NCBI GenBank assembly: GCA_963825865.1
Contig: CAWGVG010000014.1
Span: 96,001-160,000 of the forward strand
DNA length: 64,000 bases
Reading direction: 5' to 3'
Source of the DNA: an uncultured Nitrososphaeraceae archaeon
GTDB lineage: Archaea; Thermoproteota; Nitrososphaeria; Nitrososphaerales; Nitrososphaeraceae
Shown piece by piece: positions 58,292 through 64,000 of this stretch (positions within the stretch are counted from its first letter, which is position 1; every line of letters begins with the position of its first letter). Under the pieces are notes generated by a model, which saw nothing but the letters and a program-made list of their open reading frames with translations, made no database searches and was not told the DNA's origin. A program made the translations under genes and the position numbers.

Positions 58292-59248
58292 AATAACAGT
58301 CATCCTATATTTACAAGTCCCCAGCTATTAACCATACTGACTGTGATGGATCCAAAATATGCCTACTTTAGGCTTGATTGTCCCTTAGACTTCTTTGATA
58401 GAATTCTCTCCGAAATAGGCTCAGTACCCATAGGTAAGCAATCCTGCATTTAGAAAAGCTGTTGTTTCAATTGGTGTACATTCTGATATTAGATTAAGAC
58501 CAAAATTAAATTGCAAATACAATAGTTGTTTTAACAAGCTACCATTATTCTTAAAAGGCATTCTGGAAAAAGATCTTCAATTTTCAGATAGTCTTGTTAA
58601 TCTTTAGGAATTTCAAATGTTATTATAATAGTCATCTATCTGAAAATTTATGAAGATTACTGATTATTACATCAAAAACAATTATAATAACATCTTAAGA
58701 TACTAAAAACTTCCATGTTCCTTACAACTATTTATAATGTACACAAACAATTGATGCATATCTATATCCAATATTCATAATGAACAATAAGATAGTATAA
58801 GAATCATAGATAATAACTGACAAAATTTTTATTTCAATCAACACTATAAATGTAAAAAAATTACATATAAGATATATTCTGCTATTATCAGAAATGTCTG
58901 TATTAGAAAATGGACTCAAGAATAAAGTTGTCAATCGCCGCAGCAATCCTTATCGTTATTGCAATTATCGTTATGATTGTTGAGAAAGATTAATCTATTC
59001 TTTTAGTTCAAATTTGATTTTAAAAATTATAAGCATATAATTGTCGGGTCCAAAATATGCCCTAAAAATTCAGAGCATTCAAAGTCAGATAGAAATAATT
59101 AAGGAGATATCTATGCAAAAAACATATTTCAAAATTTCTACTCATTGCTCAGCGATTTCTAACAGCAGTGGAAGACATCTACAATATATATTAATAAATA
59201 AATATACCTTACAAATCGTTAAAGAATACTTCTTCAAATGGAAATTTC

Positions 59249-60367
59249 ATGGGACCTGCAATTTATTCTACTGGAAATCCAGCATTAGACTTCTTCTTTA
59301 CATTGTTCAATGGAATTTCCGAAGTCCCATTGTTCAGTTCTCCAATCACGGGGATTTTGATTCTAGCAGGTGTATTTGTGGCATCAAGGAAGGCCGGCGG
59401 AATGATGGCCTTGTCTGGGCTAATAGGTGCTGGGATGGCTATTCTATTTGGTGCACCATATGGGCTGGTAACATTTGGATTATTTGGTTACAACTCCATC
59501 TTGACGGGTATGGCATTTTGGTCTGGTCCTTTCGTAAAGGCAAATAAAGCTACATTCTTCATATCAGTCTTTGGTGCTGCCATCACGGCGGTGACTTGGA
59601 TGGCATTCTCCCATCTTATGGGCGACCTGTTTGTTTTGAATGGTACAAAGAGTTCATGGGCAATTCCTGGATTTACGTCATCTTTCATCTTCACAACTTG
59701 GGCTATGATGTATGCCAGCAAGAGGTATGGCCACGATATCTGGCCTGCACCACCACCACCTCCAAAGGAGGAATTGATTGCAGGTAGCGGCAATCAAGCC
59801 ACAAATGACAACTTCAAATGGACTGCAAAAGAATTTATCATAGCTACCTTAAAGGGTGTATCCCAGGTTACTTTTGTTGAAAATTGGAAGACAGGTATTT
59901 TCTGGGTAGTAGGTCTTACTCTTTCGTTTGAGTTAGCACCCCTTATCGCAGGACAGGCTAGGCCCTGGTTTACAAATGGATACACAGCTCAATGGAATGA
60001 GTTTTCACCTCTGTATTTGGGGGGATTGATGGCACTCATAGGCTCAGCAGTAGGAGCTGCCTTGGCAATTCTTACAAAATTACCAACTGCAGAGATAAGA
60101 CTGGGGCTGCATGGCTTCAATCAAGTGCTGGTAATGATAGCTCTGACCAGTTTTCTACCTTTAACTCCACAATCATTCATGATGGCGCTACTAGCAACAG
60201 TTGCGTGTTCAGTAATAGTAATGCCGGCTTTGCAAAGATTTTTTGGAATGTGGGGTCTGCCTGCTCTAACAGGACCTTTCGTATTTACAGCATGGGTGTT
60301 TCTGCTAGGAATTTCGGGTTTCTCACATATTCCCGCAGGAATTGGCTGGTCAAGACCAGCCCCATAG
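59249..60367 (+). CDS. Urea transporter (UT/Yut family)
   Basis: GISEV..SSPITG, GLFGYN, GVSQV.FVENW.TG, GLHGFN, LPALTGPFV; adjacent to urease. Confidence 0.9.
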   Translation: MGPAIYSTGNPALDFFFTLFNGISEVPLFSSPITGILILAGVFVASRKAGGMMALSGLIGAGMAILFGAPYGLVTFGLFGYNSILTGMAFWSGPFVKANKATFFISVFGAAITAVTWMAFSHLMGDLFVLNGTKSSWAIPGFTSSFIFTTWAMMYASKRYGHDIWPAPPPPPKEELIAGSGNQATNDNFKWTAKEFIIATLKGVSQVTFVENWKTGIFWVVGLTLSFELAPLIAGQARPWFTNGYTAQWNEFSPLYLGGLMALIGSAVGAALAILTKLPTAEIRLGLHGFNQVLVMIALTSFLPLTPQSFMMALLATVACSVIVMPALQRFFGMWGLPALTGPFVFTAWVFLLGISGFSHIPAGIGWSRPAP

Positions 60368-60485
60368 CTCAAAAAAGCGGCACAAATACTCAACATACAA
60401 CCTCCTTTTTTCTTTAATAAGCTAATTAAATCAAAAATATCTTTACATATAAATCCCACAAAAATGTGAGACATGTACATAATGT

Positions 60486-61070
60486 ATGAAAACAGCCGAG
60501 TTTGAGCAGTTTCTGAAATTTGCAGAGGATCATTTATCTGACAAGTCTGATCCAGAAAAGATTCAGACTTTTATCTCTTGGTGCAAAAAAAGTGGTATTG
60601 AGGAGGTAATCCTTAGGCTAAGTTCTGAAAATAAAGGAGGCTGGGGAAAGAACTTTTTCCTTGATTTCACTACAAGTCGAATAATAGTTAGTAAGAAAAA
60701 ATTTATGAGGAAATTCGTGGATATGGGTTATATCGCTGGAATGGCGCCGTTTCCCTACATGTTATTATCAAAAAATTTGAAACTATCTGATTTGAGAAAG
60801 GGATCAGTAATAAATCCAGAAGATACTCTAGGAAAAGATAGCTCGAATTTCTTTATTCCATATTCAGAAATACAAGAAGTTATTATTCGGAAAGGATTAG
60901 AGAGTATTGTAACAAATATGCTTGGTAGTATAATAACAAGGAATTTTCTCACAGTTAAGACTTCAAGCAAAAAATATGATTATGGGCTCCCAGTAAATAA
61001 AAATGGAGCGTTCGAGCAAATCCATTATTGGCTAGGTGTAATAATGCCTGTCAAAGTCTTCGCACGTTAG
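60486..61070 (+). CDS. Hypothetical protein (possibly PH-like fold)
   Basis: LDFTTSRIIV...FFIPYSEIQEV...LTVKT. Confidence 0.6.
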   Translation: MKTAEFEQFLKFAEDHLSDKSDPEKIQTFISWCKKSGIEEVILRLSSENKGGWGKNFFLDFTTSRIIVSKKKFMRKFVDMGYIAGMAPFPYMLLSKNLKLSDLRKGSVINPEDTLGKDSSNFFIPYSEIQEVIIRKGLESIVTNMLGSIITRNFLTVKTSSKKYDYGLPVNKNGAFEQIHYWLGVIMPVKVFAR

Positions 61071-61233
61071 AATGCAGACATTACATTTAGTCGACATCGA
61101 CTGAGTGTATACTAAGTTACAAGGCGTATGAAATGAAATTAGCAGACTGAAATTACTTTTATATATAAATTACTAATTTTAAATTTAAAATAAATCAAAC
61201 CTCTACTATACGTCGAGGTATATAGAGAGAGAA

Positions 61234-61536
61234 ATGATGTTAGCTCCGAGAGAAGTCGATAAGATGTTGATTTGGACAGCTGCACAAATAGCAGCAGGAC
61301 GAAAACAAAAAGGGGTAAAATTGAACTATCCTGAGACAATTGCTTATATTTCCAATTATGTTGTAGAAGGAGCTCGAGAAGGAAAGAGCGTGGCCGAACT
61401 CATGAAATCGGCAAGGGAAATAATAGGAAAAAATGATGTTATGCCAGGGATACCAGAACTAATACACACAGTCCAAGTGGAGGCTACGTTTCCAGATGGC
61501 ACAAAATTGGTGACGGTGCATGACCCGGTGCAATAG
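61234..61536 (+). CDS. ureA: Urease gamma subunit
   Basis: [38 protein letters not shown]. Confidence 0.97.
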   Translation: MMLAPREVDKMLIWTAAQIAAGRKQKGVKLNYPETIAYISNYVVEGAREGKSVAELMKSAREIIGKNDVMPGIPELIHTVQVEATFPDGTKLVTVHDPVQ

Positions 61537-61612
61537 GTGATTGAAATGGTAGTTAGCAAAACTAAAAAATCAAAAAAAAAGACCTCACAGGGAGGAGGAG
61601 GTTGCTAATAAG

Positions 61613-61981
61613 ATGATTCCAGGAGAATATATCCTATCGTCAGAACCTGTCATCTGCAACGAAAATAGAAAAACTAGTAAGGTCACTGTAAAGAACACTG
61701 GCGACAGACCTTGTCAGGTCGGTTCACATACTCACTTCTTTGAGGTAAATAGAGCATTAGACTTCCCAAGGGAAAAGGCCTTTGGATATAGGCTGAATAT
61801 TCCAGCTGGAACTTCGGTAAGGTTTGAGCCAGGAGACTCAAAGGAAGTGGAATTATGCGAATTGGGAGGCAAGCGCATTTGCTTTGGATTCAACTCTCTA
61901 ACAATGGGTAGTATGAATACCACAGTAGTAAAGAAGGCAGCAATTGAGAAGGCCAAGAGACTTGGCTATAAGGGAGCATAG
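61613..61981 (+). CDS. ureB: Urease beta subunit
   Basis: MIPGE, NTGDRP.QVGSH.HFFEVN, RLNIPAGTSVRFEPG. Confidence 0.97.
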   Translation: MIPGEYILSSEPVICNENRKTSKVTVKNTGDRPCQVGSHTHFFEVNRALDFPREKAFGYRLNIPAGTSVRFEPGDSKEVELCELGGKRICFGFNSLTMGSMNTTVVKKAAIEKAKRLGYKGA

Positions 61982-61998
61982 GAGTAGGGTGAATAGAA

Positions 61999-63775
61999 AT
62001 GGTTCTTAAATTAACACGAAAACAATACTCAGATCTGTTTGGACCAACAACAGGGGACAAAGTTAGACTAGGAGATACAGACATAATCGTAGAAGTAGAA
62101 AAGAATCTCATATCACTTGGAGATGAAGTTGTTTTTGGTGGAGGAAAGACAATAAGGGACGGATTGGCACAAACTCCAGGCATCACAAATGCGAACGGTG
62201 CTCTTGATTTTGTGATTACAAACGCGGTTGTCCTTGATCCAGTACTTGGCATAGTAAAAGGCGACATTGGTATAAAGGATGGCAAGATTGCTGGAGTTGG
62301 AAGTGCAGGCAATCCTTACACAATGGATAAAGTACCTTCTAACCTGGTAATCTCGGCATGCACTGAGGCTACTGCTGGCGAGCATACCATATGTACCCCA
62401 GGTCATTTTGATACCCACATACATATGATATCTCCTCAACAGTACGTAGATGCCATCAGCGGAGGCATTTGCAATATGATAGGAGGCGGAACTGGTCCAG
62501 CTGACGGTACAAATGCAACTACTTGCACACCAGGTGTCTTTAACATTAGCAGAATGATGGAAAGTGTGGAAGATATACCGATGAATTGGGGCTTCTTGGG
62601 AAAGGGTAACGATTCTCATCCTTCACTAGCAACACAAATGGAACAAATAGAAGCCGGGGCATGCGGATTAAAGGATCATGAAGACTGGGGCACCACTGCC
62701 GACAGTTTTGGACGCATCGTTGAAGGCAGTAGACGCTACTGATACACAGCTCGCCATCCATACCGATTCAATCAATGAATGCGCTTATGTTGAGGACACA
62801 ATAAATGCCATCGATGGAAGAACAGTACACAGTTATCATACAGAAGGTGCTGGCGGCGGTCATGCACCAGACATCATGAAAATTGCAGGAGAAGAATTCG
62901 CGCTTCCATCTTCGACAAATCCAACTAGACCATATACAGTAAATACTGTAGACGAGCATCTAGATATGCTAATGTTCTGTCACCATCTGAATCCCGCAGT
63001 TGCTGAGGACGTTGCATTTGCAGAGTCCAGAATAAGAGCTGAAACCATCGCTGCCGAAGATGTTTTGCATGATGAAGGTGTCTTGAGCATGTATTCATCT
63101 GACAGCCAAGCAATGGGAAGGATAGGCGAAGTAGTAATCCGTGCGTGGCAGACTGCAGATAAAATGAAGAAGATGAAAGGCAAACTAGTAGAGGAAGAGA
63201 CAGAAAGCAATGAAAAAGCAGAGAGTAAGTCGAAGGATAAGAGAAGAGGAGACAATGATAATTTCAGAGCGAAAAGATACATCGCAAAAACAACCATAAA
63301 TCCTGCCATAACACATGGTGTAGCGGACTATTTAGGCTCCCTTGAAGTCGGCAAATATGCAGATATTGTTATGTATCCAATGGCATTCTTCCCAGCAAAG
63401 CCGAAAATGGTATTCAAGGGAGGATTCATAGCATGGTCAATTATGGGAGATCCTAATGCATCGCTTCCGACCCCTGAACCAGTGTTCTACAGGCCAATGT
63501 TTGGAGCAATGGGAAAAGCAGTAAAGAAAACGTGTTTCACATTTACATCAAAGGCAGCGATGAAACTAGGAGTACCTGAAAAGCTAGGACTTGAAAAAGT
63601 GATGTTGCCAGTAAAGAATTGCAGGAATATTGGCAAGCATGATATGATGTGGAACGACAAGACCCCTGAGATAACAATAGATCCAGAGACATACGAAGTT
63701 AAGTTGGACGGAAAAATTGCGACTGTCGATCCAGCCAAAGAACTAGCTTTGGCGCAAAGATACTTTATGGCATAA
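61999..63775 (+). CDS. ureC: Urease alpha subunit, single frameshift near 62698
   Basis: [51 protein letters not shown]. Confidence 0.96.
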
Positions 63776-63888
63776 GAGCGCGTATACGTACAGAGAACAA
63801 TAACAGCAGTAACCAAACTTCTTTTTTCCTTTTTTTCTTGATTTATCATATATACCTTTATTTTTCTCTATCAGAGAGAGTAATACTG

Positions 63889-64000
63889 ATGTCAAATCCT
63901 AATTATGGTGTATGGAGACCCATGGCAGAGAACGTGGAGTTCAATGCCTTAGAGTCAAATTCCAATGCGGTGATGGCCGTCGCAGATATGGTAAGAACAA
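63889..64000 (+). CDS. Start of an unidentified ORF running off the window
   Basis: MSNPNYGVWRPMAENVEFNALE..., open to the end. Confidence 0.4.
   Translation, partial: MSNPNYGVWRPMAENVEFNALESNSNAVMAVADMVRT

Noticed and set aside
59041-59547. ORF overlapping the urea transporter, and similar antisense or overlapping ORFs in the track
   Set aside because: Alternative frames of well-supported genes with no motifs of their own
62690-62710. Genuinely split ureC
   Set aside because: A single extra base in an otherwise fully conserved gene in an indel-rich assembly
1-64000. tRNA or rRNA genes as integration sites
   Set aside because: No cloverleaf or T-loop context and no rRNA-like tract recognised

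Overview
AT-rich archaeal DNA whose gene content points to a soil ammonia-oxidising archaeon (Nitrososphaeraceae): soluble His kinases and receiver-only regulators, PAC2, DUF2795, YsnF, and a urea transporter-ureABC cluster at the right end. Most of the window is accessory or decayed: two ISL2-type and two ISH1-type IS5-family elements, three broken tyrosine recombinases, prim-pol, PriX, IS6-like and PhoD remnants, and many small zinc-finger or secreted ORFs. Many genes have single-base frameshifts, so this looks like an unpolished long-read assembly; several of these indels sit at GTAC or AGCT. The most notable unexplained structure is a four-copy cassette (22.7, 51.2, 52.3, 53.3 kb). Each copy has 2-3 boxes spaced exactly 25 bp apart, a conserved TATA-like promoter and a small secreted Cys/Gln/Asn protein; three copies end in a shared hairpin/poly-T terminator and two sit divergent to a ribbon-helix-helix gene. 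A second recurring layout (tyrosine recombinase / variable cargo / IS6-like 3' end) occurs twice. I found no tRNA, rRNA or CRISPR array. All family assignments are from motif recognition by eye; no searches were run.
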